A stretch of DNA of 64,000 nt, taken from Dictyostelium discoideum (taxonomy: Eukaryota). Under the pieces are notes generated by a model that saw only the letters and a program-made list of their open reading frames with translations, was not told the DNA's origin and made no database searches. The position numbers and the translations under genes are program-made. Each line of letters begins with the position of its first letter. Position 1 is the first letter of the stretch. Of this stretch, positions 28,445 through 43,100 are shown piece by piece. The stretch lies in assembly GCA_000004695.1 (NCBI GenBank), contig CM000155.2:320001-384000 (forward strand). Direction: 5' to 3'.

Positions 28445-31400
28445 ATTTTACATGCACAAAACAATCATTGGAATATACATATGATATTGATAGTACATAT
28501 TATATAAAATGGATTTTTTCAAATTTGAAATATGAATTGGTTTTTGAATGTAAAAATAATAGCAAAGAAAGAACATGTACTGCTGGTATGTCCATAGATA
28601 TTGCTAAAAATTTACATGGTCAAATAAAGATGTGCGGAACTGATAATAATGGTGTATTAGATTGCCATATGCGTGTATACGAAGAATATTTTCCAAAGCC
28701 AATTATTGAAGGTGACTTTAAACCATCTACCAAAGGTGGTCCTACTATTATGAAAGGTTATTATTTGGCAGTTGGAGTAATTCCTTACTTTACTATTATC
28801 CCTGGTACTATATTGGGAACAATAGGTGATATTTTTAGTAACTCTATAGATGTCACAAATTTAATACTAGACTATAAAGGTGTTGTGGCCCAAGAACTAT
28901 TCAATGGCCAAATGATTTTAAATATAGTTTCAATCATTCAAATCCAATCATTGAAAATATTTTTATTGAAGGTTCATCTTTTATATCAAAAGGTTCTAAT
29001 TTTTGTAATTCTTCTGATTCAATTCAAATTTATTTAGATGGTGTTCAAATTGATAAATCAAAAATAAAATCAATTGATCATGAGCAATTTGAAATAATTT
29101 ACACTCAACTATATTCAAAATCAATCAATGTTAAAATAGTATCTGGTGGACTTGAATCGAATATTTACAAATTGGATTTTAAACCTATACCTTTAAAAAT
29201 TAATAGTGTTCCAAGATTTAAAGGTGGTTCAATTACAATAATTGGTGAAAGACTATCTTCACAAGTAAATAATTCAACAATCATTGTTAAAATTGGTCAA
29301 TATCATTGTAAAAATGTAATCTCATCAAAAAATGAAATTCTCTGTAATTTAGAATCGGTTCCAAATGTTGAAAAGGTTAAATTGGTAGATTTGCAAGTTA
29401 ATATCTCAATAATGGTATTTTTAATGAAAATAATTTATTATTCTCATTCGATGTACCAATAATATCAGATTTTATACTTCCTCAAGGTGAAGTTAAATTA
29501 GTTGGTGATTGTTTTGGTTCTTCACAATTGACTCAAGTTAAAATTGACGATGTGTTACAATCCAATATAACAATTAATATTAATGAAAAAGAAACAACAC
29601 TTTCATTTAAGCCAATTAAACCAATTAAAAAGTCAAAGTTATATATAATTGTCAATGGTACAAAATCAAATACTATTGAAATTGATTCATCATTTTTTGT
29701 AAAAAGTGTTCCATCTTCACCTTCAGTAAATGGTCAAATAGTAAACTTTACACTTTTCAATATAAATCCAAATAATGTAAATGCAACACCAATTATGATT
29801 TTTCAAGATAATAGTTCAATAAAAGCAATTGATTATAAAAATTCGAATGAATACTCGACTCACACATACTCTTTTGATATTCCAAAAAGTTGTGGGAGAA
29901 ATGAAATTACAATTTTAATTGGAGACCAACTAACCCGTACTGAAATTTATTATGAATTACCAATAATATCAAGTTGTTCAATTGTTTCAAATCAAATGAT
30001 TAAATGTCTTGGTAATTTTACAAATTATTTAGATTTATTTAAAAATGGTAAAATTAAAATACAATTTTCAAATATGATAATAATTGATAATATTCCAAAC
30101 AATCCAATTATTTTTATGAGTGATTCATTTTCATTCCCAATAAAGCCAGAGTATAGTTCAAGTGATATATATCTTATTGTTTGTGATGAAACTTCTCTAG
30201 ATTTTAAAGTTGATATAACTCCATCGCTTAAATTTGTGAGCCAATCTCTTGTTTTCAACTCCACTGGTGGTGAATTATTAATTAATGGTGAAAATTTTAA
30301 TGAAAATACAATTTACAATACATCTGTATATTGCTTTTCAAATAAACAAGTTTATAATTGTTCATTTATAAACAGTACATCTATCTCATGTGATATTGAA
30401 TTGGTAGGTCCATTCGATCAACTTTGTAAAATCAAATTTAATGGAAAAGATGAGAAGTATAACATTTCAATATCATATTATCCTCCATTAGTTTTAAATT
30501 CAACAACGATTTCGAATTCATCAATTGGTGGAATTATTACAATTTTAATTGGAGACCAACTAACCCGTACTGAAATTTATTATGAATTACCAATAATATC
30601 AAGTTGTTCAATTGTTTCAAATCAAATGATTAAATGTCTTGGTAATTTTACAAATTATTTAGATTTATTTAAAAATGGTAAAATTAAAATACAATTTTCA
30701 AATATGGTAATAATTGATAATATTCCAAACAATCCAATTATTTTTATGAGTGATTCATTTTCATTCCCAATGAAACCAGAGTATAGTTCAAGTGATATAT
30801 ATCTTATTGTTTGTGATGAAACTTCTCCATATTTTAAAGTTGATATAACTCCATCGCTTAAATTTGTGAGCCAATCTCTTGTTTTCAACTCCACTGGTGG
30901 TGAATTATTAATTAATGGTGAAAATTTTAATGAAAATACAATTTACAATACATCTGTATATTGCTTTTCAAATAAACAAGTTTATAATTGTTCATTTATA
31001 AACAATACATCTATCTCATGTGATATTGAATTGGTAGGTCCATTCGATCAACTTTGTAAAATCAAATTTAATGGTAAAGATGAGAAGTATAACATTTCAA
31101 TATCATATTATCCTCCATTAGTTTTAAATTCAACAACGATTTCAAATTCATCAATTGGTGGAATTATTACAATTTTTGGTAATGAATTTTATAATCAAAT
31201 TGATTCAATTACAGTTGGTAAAAGTAAATGTTTAAACTCTACATTTATAAATTCAACATCGATTTCATGTTTTGTAGAACCTTCAAATTTTATTATTAAT
31301 CAAACTGAACAACAACAACAATATGTTAACATTAAAATTAATAGCAAAAGTGGTGGTAATAATTTAATAATTTATTCTGGTAATTCAAATAGAATTGATG

Positions 31401-31531
31401 AAAATAATAAATCAAATAAAAATACAATTGATGATAAACAAACCAACAATGAAATCAAAAATGAATCCATAAAAAGAAATATAAATTTAATTTTATTTAT
31501 AATTATATTCTCAACGATTTTAATCATTTAA
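28445..31531 (+). pseudogene. tgr-like array copy 2: lacks the signal exon, has two frameshifts and a 627-bp in-frame internal tandem duplication
   Basis: The coding region is split over ORFs 28468..29037, 29172..29462 and 29528..31531. A g is missing at ~28891 (ggtgttgtggcc versus ggtggttgtggcc in other copies). An a is missing at ~29410 (ctcaataatggt versus ctcaataaatggt). Segment ~29918..30544 ([14 protein letters not shown]...SIGGIITI) is repeated at ~30545..31180, and the copies differ at about 1% of sites. The upstream ATG exon seen in other units is absent: 27790-27840 joins the preceding 3' flank directly to the intron tail ttttactgtttgggtt. Confidence 0.75.
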
Positions 31532-32151
31532 TTTAATTTATTATTTTCGTTATAAAAAAAAAATTAAACTCCTACCAAAAAAAATTATTGAGTATATATA
31601 AAAAATGATTATTTTTAGTGGTTTTGTGTTAAATAAAAAAAAAAAATAATACAATAATAAATTTTGAACATGTTGTTTTTTTTTTTTATAATTTTTTTTT
31701 TTTTTAATTATTTTTAAAATAATTATTTTTTTGTTTTTACTATTTGATAAGTGTGTTATTGTGAATTTGATAATTAAAATAATATATAAAATCAAAAATA
31801 ATTAAAAATATAACCACTTCTCATAAACTACTTTTTATGGTAGTGGGTGAAAAAAAAAAAAATAATAATTTTCATTTCAATTAAAAAAACAAGCCCAAAA
31901 AAGTTTAATACAATTAATAATATTCTAATATGATGAAAGAAACATCAAGTGGTGGGTGTGGTAAACTTGGCACACAGTGTTAAAAAAAAACAATATGAGT
32001 AATATTGAAAATCATACAACAAAACTGATAATATTAAAATAAATTAGTGGGATGTGTGTGTTGAAAAACATTATTTAATAAATTATGTGATTGTTTATTT
32101 TTAATTTAATATTGAAGCATTACCTTATTGTTTTTATTATTATTTTATTAT

Positions 32152-32196
<45 letters not shown>

Positions 32197-32395
32197 TATC
32201 AATATTTTTTTTTTTTTTAATTATTATTAATATTTATGTTTTTTTTTTAATTATTAATATTTTTGTTTTTATATATTATTTTAATTTTTATTTTTTTTTA
32301 TTTTTTTTATTTCAAATCATTAACAGTAATAATAAATTATTTAACATCCTCAAAAAAACAATTTCATAATTAAAATAATAAATAGTAAATCAAAA

Positions 32396-32559
32396 ATGAA
32401 ATTTATTATATTATTTTTTATTTTATATTTAGTTTCTGATACATTAGGATCTTTAAATGAACCAGTTGTCAAGAGTAAATATTTTAAATATAAATATAAT
32501 TTAATTTTTTTTTTTTATTGTTTTTATTGTTTGGGTTATTTTTATTTCTCAAATTTAAT

Positions 32560-32621
<62 letters not shown>

Positions 32622-35592
32622 TTTGAATTATATTTGTTATTTACTATTTTTAATTTTTTAATATTAAAGTCTCCAAATATTCAGCTATTGTTTATTTTTT
32701 ATATCATTGTTAATGTCATTAATAACTATAACTAGTTATTAATATAAATAAAAATCAATCATTTTGTAGATATATTATCTATTTATGTATTTTATAAGAT
32801 ATTGATAATTTCCAACACTAATTTTTAATTTTTTGTTTGGTTCATTATTATTTTTTTAAAAATTGTTCAATGTTTTAACCACTTTTCAATGTAATTAAAG
32901 ATATTTGCAATTGTTTATTAAAAAAAAAAAAAAAAATTGTTTGTTATTTTATTAAAAAAAAAAGAGCTACTGTTCATTTTTTAATAAATTAATTTTAAAT
33001 CAATATCTATAACAATTGATATTAATAAATAATAATCATTTAATAGATACATTATCTATATTTTTTGTAATTTTTTTAAAAAGAAATCAATAGTTTCCAA
33101 CACTAATTTTTTCTTATGATTTTATTTTAATTTCAGATTTTACATGCACAAAACAATCATTGGAATATACATATGATATTGATAGTACATATTATACAAA
33201 ATGGATTTTTTCAGATTTGGAATATGAATTGGTTTTTGAATGTAAAAATAATAGCAAAGAAAGAACATGTACTGCTGGTATGTCCATTGATATTGCTAAA
33301 AATTTACATGGTCAAATAAAGATGTGCGGAACTGATAATAATAGTGTATTAGATTGCCATTCGAATTACGAAGAATATTATCCAAAGCCAATTATTGAAG
33401 GTGACTTTAAACCATCTACCAAAGGTGGTCCTACTATTATGAAAGGTTATTATTTGGCAGTTGGTGCATACTACTATAACATTATCCCTTATACTAGATT
33501 GGGTATTATAGGTGATGTTCATAGTAACTCTATAGATGTCACAAATTTAATACTAGACTATAAAGGTGGTTGTGGCCCAAGAACTATTCAATGGCCAAAT
33601 GATTTTAAATATAGTTTCAATCATTCAAATCCAATCATTGAAAATATTTTTATTGAAGGTTCATCTTTTATATCAAAAGGTTCTAATTTTTGTAATTCTT
33701 CTGATTCAATTCAAATTTATTTAGATGGTGTTCAAATTGATAAATCAAAAATAAAATCAATTGATCATGAGCAGTTTGAAATAATTTACACTCAACTATA
33801 TTCAAAATCAATCAATGTTAAAATAGTATCTGGTGGACTTGAATCGAATATTTACAAATTGGATTTTAAACCTATACCTTTAAAAATTAATAGTGTTCCA
33901 AGATTAAAAGGTGGTTCAATTACAATAATTGGTGAAAGACTATCTTCACAAGTAAATAATTCAACAATCATTGTTAAAATTGGTCAATATGATTGTAAAA
34001 ATGTAATCTCATCAAAAAATGAAATTCTCTGTAATTTAGAATCGGTTCCAAATGTTGAAAAAGTTAAATTGGTAGATTTACAAGTTAATATCTCAATAAA
34101 TGGTATTTTTAATGAAAATAATTTATTATTCTCATTCGATATACCAATAATATCAGATTTTATACTTCCACAAGGTGAAGTTAAATTAGTTGGTGATTGT
34201 TTTGGTTCTTCACAATTGACTCAAGTTAAAATTGACGATGTATTACAATCCAATATAACAATTAATATTAATGAAAAAGAAACAACACTTTCATTTAAGC
34301 CAATTAAACCAATTAAAAAATCAAAGTTATATATAATTGTCAATGGTACAAAATCAAATACTATTGAAATTGATTCATCATTTTTTGTAAAAAGTGTTCC
34401 ATCTTCACCTTCAGTAAATGGTCAAATTGTAAACTTTACTCTTTTCAATATAAATCCAAATAATGTTAATGCAACACCAATTATGATTTTTCAAGATAAT
34501 AGTTCAATAAAAGCAATTGATTATAAAAATTCAAATGAATACTCAACTCACACATACTCTTTTGATATTCCAAAAAGTTGTGGGAGAAATGAAATTACAA
34601 TTTTAATTGGAGACCAACTAACCCGTACTGAAATTTATTATGAATTACCAATAATATCAAGTTGTTCAATTGTTTCAAATCAAATGATTAAATGTCTTGG
34701 TAATTTTTTAAATTATTTAGATTTATTTAAAAATGGTAAAATTAAAATACAATTTTCAAATATGGTAATAATTGATAATATTCCAAACAATCCAATTATT
34801 TTTATGAGTGATTCATTTTCATTCCCAATGAAGCCAGAGTATAGTTCAAGTGATATATATCTTATTGTTTGTGATGAAACTTCTCTAGATTTTAAAGTTG
34901 ATATAACTCCATCGCTTAAATTTGTGAGCCAATCTCTTGTTTTCAACTCCACTGGTGGTGAATTATTAATTAATGGTGAAAACTTAAATGAAAATACAAT
35001 TTACAATACATCTGTATATTGCTTTTCAAATAAACAAGTTTATAATTGTTCATTTATAAACAATACATCTATATCATGTGATATTGAATTGTTAGGTCCA
35101 TTCGATCAACTTTGTAAAATCAAATTTAATAGTAAAGATGAGAATAATAACATTTCAATATCATATTATCCTCCATTAGTTTTAAATTCAACAACGATTT
35201 CAAAATCATCAACTGGTGGAATTATTACTATTTTTGGTAATGAATTTTATAATCAAATTGATTCAATTACAGTTGGTAAAAGTAAATGTTTAAACTCTAC
35301 ATTTATAAATTCAACATCGATTTCATGTTTTGTAGAACCTTCAAATTTTAATATTAACCAAACTGAACAACAAAAAAAACAATATGTTAACATTATAATT
35401 AATGGTAAAAGTGGTGGTAATAATTTAATAATTTATTCTGGTAATTCAAATAGAATTGATGAAAATAACAAATCAAATAAAAATACAATTGACGAAAAAC
35501 AAACCAATAATGAAATCAAAAATGAATCTATTAAAAGAAATATAAATTTTATATTATTTATAATTATATTCTCAACAATTTTAATCATATAA
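32396..35592 (+). CDS. tgr-like IPT/TIG-repeat surface protein, array copy 3 (GPI-type tail); join(32396..32474,33137..35592)
   Basis: Same architecture as copy 1: exon 1 [26 protein letters not shown] plus 1 nt, donor GTAAAT, a 662-nt intron with a ~75-nt poly-T, acceptor tttcAG at 33135-33136, and the 810-aa ORF 33160..35592 in phase. Confidence 0.6.
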
Positions 35593-36397
35593 TTTAATTT
35601 ATTAATTTCATTGTAAAAAAAAAAAAAAATAAAACTCCAACCAAAAACAATTATTGGGTATATATAAAAAATGATTATTTTTGGTGGGTTAAAAATAAAA
35701 TATAATACAATAATAAATTTTGAACTTATTTTTTTTTTTTTATTTTTTGATAATTTTTTTTTTTTTAATTATTTTTAAAATAATTATTTTTTTGTTTTTA
35801 CTATTTGATAAGTGTGATTGTGAATATTAATAATTTAAATAAAATATAAAATTAAAAATGATTAAAAATATAACCACTTATCATAAAATACTTTTTTTGG
35901 CAGTGGTTGAAAAAAAAAAAAAAAATAATAATATTCATTTCAATTAAAAAAAACACATCCAAAAAAGTTTAATAAAAAATAAATAGTATTCTAAAATGAT
36001 GAAAGAAACACCAATTGGTGGGTGTGGTAAACTTGACACAGTGTTTAATAAACATGATGAGTAATATTGAAAATCATACAACAAAACTGATAAAAATAAA
36101 TTAGTGTGGGAGTGTGTGTTGAAAAACATTTTTCAATAAATTATTTGATTGTTTTTTTTTAATTTACTATTGAAGCATCGTTACCTTAATTTTATTATTA
36201 TTATTATTATTATTTTTTTTTTTCTTTAATATTTTTTTTAATTATTATTATAATTTTTATTTTTTTTAATTATTAATATTTTTGTTTTTATATTTTTTTA
36301 ATTATTAATATTTTTTATTTTTTTATTTCAAATCATAAATTATTTAACATCCTCAAAAAAACAATTTTAATATTAAAATAATAATAGTAAATCAACA

Positions 36398-39105
36398 ATG
36401 AAAATTATTATATTTTTTTTTATTTTATATTTATTTTCCGATACATAAGGATCTTTAGTTGTCAAGAGTAAATATATAAATTAAAATAATTTTAATTTTT
36501 TTTAGTTTTCATTATATCTATATGTACAAAATATATATGTGTCTTAGATAATCATTGAATAGATACATTATTTATATTTTGTATTTTTTTAAAAAGAAAT
36601 CAATGGTTTCCAACTCTAATTTTTTCTAATATTTACATTTTAATTTCAGATTTTACATGCACAAAACAATCATTGGAATATACATATGATATCGATAGTA
36701 CATATTATACAAAATGGATTTTTTCAGATTTGGAATATGAATTGGTTTTTGAATGTAAAAATAATAGCAAAGAAAGAACATGTACTGCTGGTATGTCCAT
36801 TGATATTGCTAAAATTTTACATGGTCAAATAAAGAAGTGCGGAACTGATAATAATAGTGTATTAGATTGCCATTTGAAATACGAAGAATATTATCCAAAG
36901 CCAATTATTGAAGGTGACTTTAAACCATCTACCAAAGGTGGTCCTACTATTATGAAAGGTTATTATTTGGCAGTTGGTGCATACTACTATAACATTATCC
37001 CTTATACTAGATTGGGTATTATAGGTGATGTTCATTGTAACTCTATAGATGTCACAAATTTAATACTAGACTATAAAGGTGGTTGTGGCCCAAGAACTAT
37101 TCAATGGCCAAATGATTTTAAATATAGTTTCAATCATTCAAATCCAATCATTGAAAATATTTTTATTGAAGGTTCATCTTTTATATCAAAAGGTTCTAAT
37201 TTTTGTAATTCTTCTGATTCAATTCAAATTTATTTAGATGGTGTTCAAATTGATAAATCAAAAATAAAATCAATTGATCATGAGCAGTTTGAAATAATTT
37301 ACACTCAACTATATTCAAAATCAATCAATGTTAAAATAGTATCTGGTGGACTTGAATCGAATATTTACAAATTGGATTTTAAACCTATACCTTTAAAAAT
37401 TAATAGTGTTCCAAGATTAAAAGGTGGTTCAATTACAATAATTGGTGAAAGACTATCTTCACAAGTAAATAATTCAACAATCATTGTTAAAATTGGTCAA
37501 TATCATTGTAAAAAGGTAATCTCATCAAAAAATGAAATTCTATGTAATTTAGAATCGGTTCCAAATGTTGAAAAAGTTAAATTGGTAGATTTACAAGTTA
37601 ATATCTCAATAAATGGTATTTTTAATGAAAATAATTTATTATTCTCATTCGATATACCAATAATATCAGATTTTATACTTCCACAAGGTGAAGTTAAATT
37701 AGTTGGTGATTGTTTTGGTTCTTCACAATTAACTCAAGTTAAAATTGACGATGTGTTACAATCTAATATAACAATTAATATTAATGAAAAAGAAACAACA
37801 CTTTCATTTAAGCCAATTAAACCAATTAAAAAATCAAAGTTATATATAATTGTCAATGGTACAAAATCAAATACTATTGAAATTGATTCATCATTTTTTG
37901 TAAAAAGTGTTCCATCTTCACCTTCAGTAAATGGTCAAATTGTAAACTTTACTCTTTTCAATATAAATCCAAATAATGTTAATGAAACACCAATTATGAT
38001 TTTTCAAGATAATAGTTCAATAAATGCAATTGATTATAAAAATTCAAATGAAAACTCGACTCACACATACTCTTTTGATATTCCAAAAAGTTGTGGGAGA
38101 AATGAAATTACAATTTTAATTGGAGACCAACTAACCCGTACTGAAATTTATTATGAATTACCAATAATATCAAGTTGTTCAATTGTTTCAAATCAAATGA
38201 TTAAATGTCTTGGTAATTTTTTAAATTATCTAGATTTATTTAAAAATGGTAAAATTAAAATACAATTTTCAAATATGGTAATAATTGATAATATTCCAAA
38301 CAATCCAAATATTTTTATGAGTGATTCATTTTCATTCCCAATGAAGCCAGAGTATAGTTCAAGTGATATATATCTTATTGTTTGTGATGAAACTTCTCCA
38401 GATTTTAAAGTTGATATAACTCCATCGCTTAAATTTGTGAGCCAATCTCTTGTTTTCAACTCCACTGGTGGTGAATTATTAATTAATGGTGAAAATTTTA
38501 ATGAAAATACAATTTACAATACATCTGTATATTGCTTTTCAAATAAACAAGTTTATAATTGTTCATTTATAAACAATACATCTATCTCATGTGATATTGA
38601 ATTGGTAGGTCCATTCGATCAACTTTGTAAAATCAAATTTAATGGTAAAGATGAGAATTATAACATTTCAATATCATATTATCCTCCATTAGTTTTAAAT
38701 TCAACAACGATTTCGAATTCATCGATTGGTGGAATTATTATAATTTTTGGTAATGAATTTTATAATCAAATTGATTCAATTACAGTTGGTAAAAGTAAAT
38801 GTTTAAACTCTACATTTATAAATTCAACATCGATTTCATGTTTTGTAGAACCTTCAAATTTTATTATTAATCAAACTGAACAACAACAACAACAATATGT
38901 TAACATTACAATTAATAACAAAAGTGGTGGTAATAATTTAATAATTTATTCTGGTAATTCAAATAGAATTGATGAAAATAATAAATCAAATAAAAATACA
39001 ATTGATGATAAACAAACCAACAATGAAATCAAAAATGAATCCATAAAAAGAAATATAAATTTAATTTTATTTATAATTATATTCTCAACGATTTTAATCA
39101 TTTAA
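36398..39105 (+). CDS. tgr-like array copy 4: exon 2 (36650..39105) is intact but the signal-peptide exon at 36398 carries an in-frame TAA and a 9-nt deletion; possibly a pseudogene
   Basis: Exon 2 (810-aa ORF 36673..39105) is full length. The homologous exon 1 reads atgaaaattattatattttttttt..ttttccgatacaTAAggatctttagttgtcaagag, against ..gatacaTTAggatctttaaatgaaccagttgtcaagag in copies 3 and 5. The intron is reduced to ~170 nt, compared with ~660 nt in the other units. Confidence 0.5.
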
Positions 39106-39943
39106 TTAAATTTATTACTTTCGTTATAAAAAAAATTATACTCCCACCAAAAACAATGATTGAATATATATAAAAAATGATTATTTTTAGTGGTTTTGTG
39201 TTAAATAAAAAAAAAAAAAATACAATAATAAATTTTGAACATGTTGTTTTTTTTTTTTTATATTTTTTTTTTTTTCTAATTATTTTTATAATAATTATTT
39301 TTTTGTTTTTGCTATTTGATAAGTGTGTTATTGTGAATTTTGATAATTAAAATAATATATAAAATCAAAAATAATTAAAAATATAACCACTTCTCATAAA
39401 CTACTTTTTATGGTAGTGGGTGAAAAAAAAAAAAATAATAATTTTCATTTCAATTAAAAAAAACAAGCCTAAAAAATTTTAATACAATTAATAGTTTTCT
39501 AATATGATGAAAGAAACATCAAGTGGTGGGTGTGGTAAACTTGGCACACAGTGTTAAAAAAAAACAATATGAGTAATTTTGAAAATCATACAACAAAACT
39601 GATAATATTAAAATAAATTAGTGGGATGTGTGTGTTGAAAAACATTATTTAATAAATTATGTGATTTGTTTATTTTAATTTAATATTGAAGCATTACCTT
39701 ATTGTTTTTATTATTATTTTTTTTTTTTTTTTTTTTTTTTTTTATTATTATCAATATTTTTTTTTTTTAATTATTATTAATATTTATGTTTTTTTAATTA
39801 TTAATATTTTTGTTTTTATATATTATTTTAATTATTATTTTTTTATTATTTTTTTTATTTCAAATCATTTACAGTAATAATAAATTATTTAACATCCTCA
39901 AAAAAACAATTTCATTATTAAAATAATAAATAGTAAACCAAAA

Positions 39944-40105
39944 ATGAAATATATTATATTATTTTTTATTTTATATTTAGTTTCTGATACATTAGGATCT
40001 TTAAATGAACCAGTTGTCAAGAGTAAATATTTTAAATATAAAAATAATTTTATTTTTTTTTTTTTATTGTTTTTACTGTTTGGGTTATTTTTATATCTCA
40101 AATTT

Positions 40106-40151
<46 letters not shown>

Positions 40152-43100
40152 TTTGATTATTGTTGTTATTTACTATTTTTAATTTTTTAATATTAAAGTC
40201 TCCAAATATTCAGCTATTGTTTATTTTTTTATATCATTGTTAATGTCATTAATAACTATAACTAGTTATTAATATAAATAAATATCAATCATTTTGTAGA
40301 TATATTATCTATTTATGTATTTTATAAAAGATATTGATAATTTCCAACACCAATTTTTAATTTTTTTATTTGGTTCATTAATATTTTTTTAAAAAATTTT
40401 CAATGTTTTAACCACTTGTCAATGTAATTAAAGATATTTGCAATTGTTTATTAAAAAAAAAAAAAAAAAAAAAATTGTTTGTTATTTTTTTAAAAAAAAA
40501 AAAAAAGAGCTACTGTTCATTTTTTAATAAATTAATTTTAAATTAATATCTATAACTATTAATATTAATAAATATTAATCATTTATTAGATACATTATCT
40601 CTATTTTTTGTATTTTTTTAAAAAGAAATCAATGGTTTCCAACACTAATTTTTTCTTATGATTTTATTTTAATTTTAGATTTTACATGCACAAAACAATC
40701 ATTGGAATATACATATGATATTGATAGTACATATTATTCAAAATGGATTTTTTCAAATTTGAAATATGAATTGGTTTTTGAATGTAAAAATAATAGCAAA
40801 GAAAGAACATGTACTGCTGGTATGTCCATTGATATTGCTAAAAATTTACATGGTCAAATAAAGATGTGCAGAACTGATAATAATGGTGTATTAGATTGCC
40901 ATTCGAATTACGAAGAATATTTTCCAAAGCCAATTATTGAAGGTGACTTTAAACCATCTACCAAAGGTGGTCCTACTATTATGAAAGGTTATTATTTGGC
41001 AGTTGGAGTAATTCCTTACTTTACTATTATCCCTGATACTATATTGGGAACAATAGGTGATATTTTTAGTAACTCTATAGATGTCACAAATTTAATACTA
41101 GACTATAAAGGTGGTTGTGGCCCAAGAACTATTCAATGGCCAAATGATTTTAAATATAGTTTCAATCATTCAAATCCAATCATTGAAAATATTTTGATAG
41201 AAGGTTCATCTTTTATATCAAAAGGTTCTAATTTTTGTAATTCTTCTGATTCAATTCAAATTTATTTAGATGGTGTTCAAATTGATAAATCAAAAATAAA
41301 ATCAATTGATCATGAACAATTTGAAATAATTTACACTCAACTATATTCAAAATCAATAAATGTTAAAATAGTATCTGGTGGACTTGAATCGAATATTTAC
41401 AAATTGGATCTTAAACCTATACCTTTAAAAATTAATAGTGTTCCAAGATTAAAAGGTGGTTCAATTACAATAATTGGTGAAAGACTATCTTCACAAGTAA
41501 ATAATTCAACAATCATTGTTAAAATTGGTCAATATGATTGTAAAAATGTAATCTCATCAAAAAATGAAATTCTCTGTAATTTAGAATCGGTTCCAAATGT
41601 TGAAAAGGTTAAATTGGTAGATTTACAAGTTAATATCTCAATAAATGGTATTTTTAATGAAAATAATTTATTATTCTCATTCGATATACCAATAATATCA
41701 GATTTTATACTTCCTCAAGGTGAAGTTAAATTAGTTGGTGATTGTTTTGGTTCTTCACAATTGACTCAAGTTAAAATTGACGATGTGTTACAATCCAATA
41801 TAACAATTAATATTAATGAAAAAGAAACAACACTTTCATTTAAGCCAATTAAACCAATTAAAAAATCAAAGTTATATGTAATTGTCAATGGTACAAAATC
41901 AAATACTATTGAAATTGATTCATCATTTTTTGTAAAAAGTGTTCCATCTTCACCTTCAGTAAATGGTCAAATTGTAAACTTTACACTTTTCAATATAAAT
42001 CCAAATAATGTTAATGCAACACCAATTATGATTTTTCAAGATAATAGTTCAATAAAAGCAATTGATTATAAAAATTCAAATGAATACTCAACTCACACAT
42101 ACTCTTTTGATATTCCAAAAAGTTGTGGGAGAAATGAAATTACAATTTTAATTGGAGACCAACTAACCCGTACTGAAATTTATTATGAATTACCAATAAT
42201 ATCAAGTTGTTCAATTGTTTCAAATCAAATGATTAAATGTCTTGGTAATTTTATAAATTATCTAGATTTATTTAAAAATGGTAAAATTAAAATACAATTT
42301 TCAAATATGGTAATAATTGATAATGTTCCAAACAATCCAATTATTTTTATGAGTGATTCATTTTCATTCCCAATGAAGCCAGAGTATAGTTCAAGTGATA
42401 TATATCTTATTGTTTGTAATGAAATTTCTCCAGATTTTAAAGTTGATATAACTCCATCGCTTAAATTTGTGAGCCAATCTCTTGTTTTCAACTCCACTGG
42501 TGGTGAATTATTAATTAATGGTGAAAATTTTAATGAAAATACAATTTACAATACATCTGTATATTGCTTTTCAAATAAACAAGTTTATAATTGTTCATTT
42601 ATAAACTATACATCTATCTCATGTGATATTGAATTGGTAGGTCCATTCGATCAACTTTGTAAAATCAAATTTAATGGAAAAGATGAGGAGTATAACATTT
42701 CAATATCATATTATCCTCCATTAGTTTTAAATTCAACAACGATTTCGAATTCATCAATTGGTGGAATTATTACAATTTTTGGTAATGAATTTTATAATCA
42801 AATTGATTCAATTACAGTTGGTAAAAGTAAATGTTTAAACTCTACATTTATTAACTCAACATCAGTTTCATGTTTTTTAGAACCTTCCAAAATTATTATT
42901 GATCAAAGCAAACAACAACAGCAACAACAACAACAACAACAACAATATGTTAACATCACGATTAATGGTAAAAGTGGTGGTAATAATTTAATTATTTATT
43001 TTGATAATTCAATTATTGAAGTTAAAAACCAATCAAGCCAAAGTGATAAAAACAACAACAACAACAACAACAACAATGGTAAAAATATAAATAATGGTGA

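Noticed and set aside
35944-36129. 61-aa minus ORF inside the conserved upstream block of copy 4
   Set aside because: It is not conserved as an ORF in the equivalent blocks of the other units, which are interrupted by stops, and its composition is junk.
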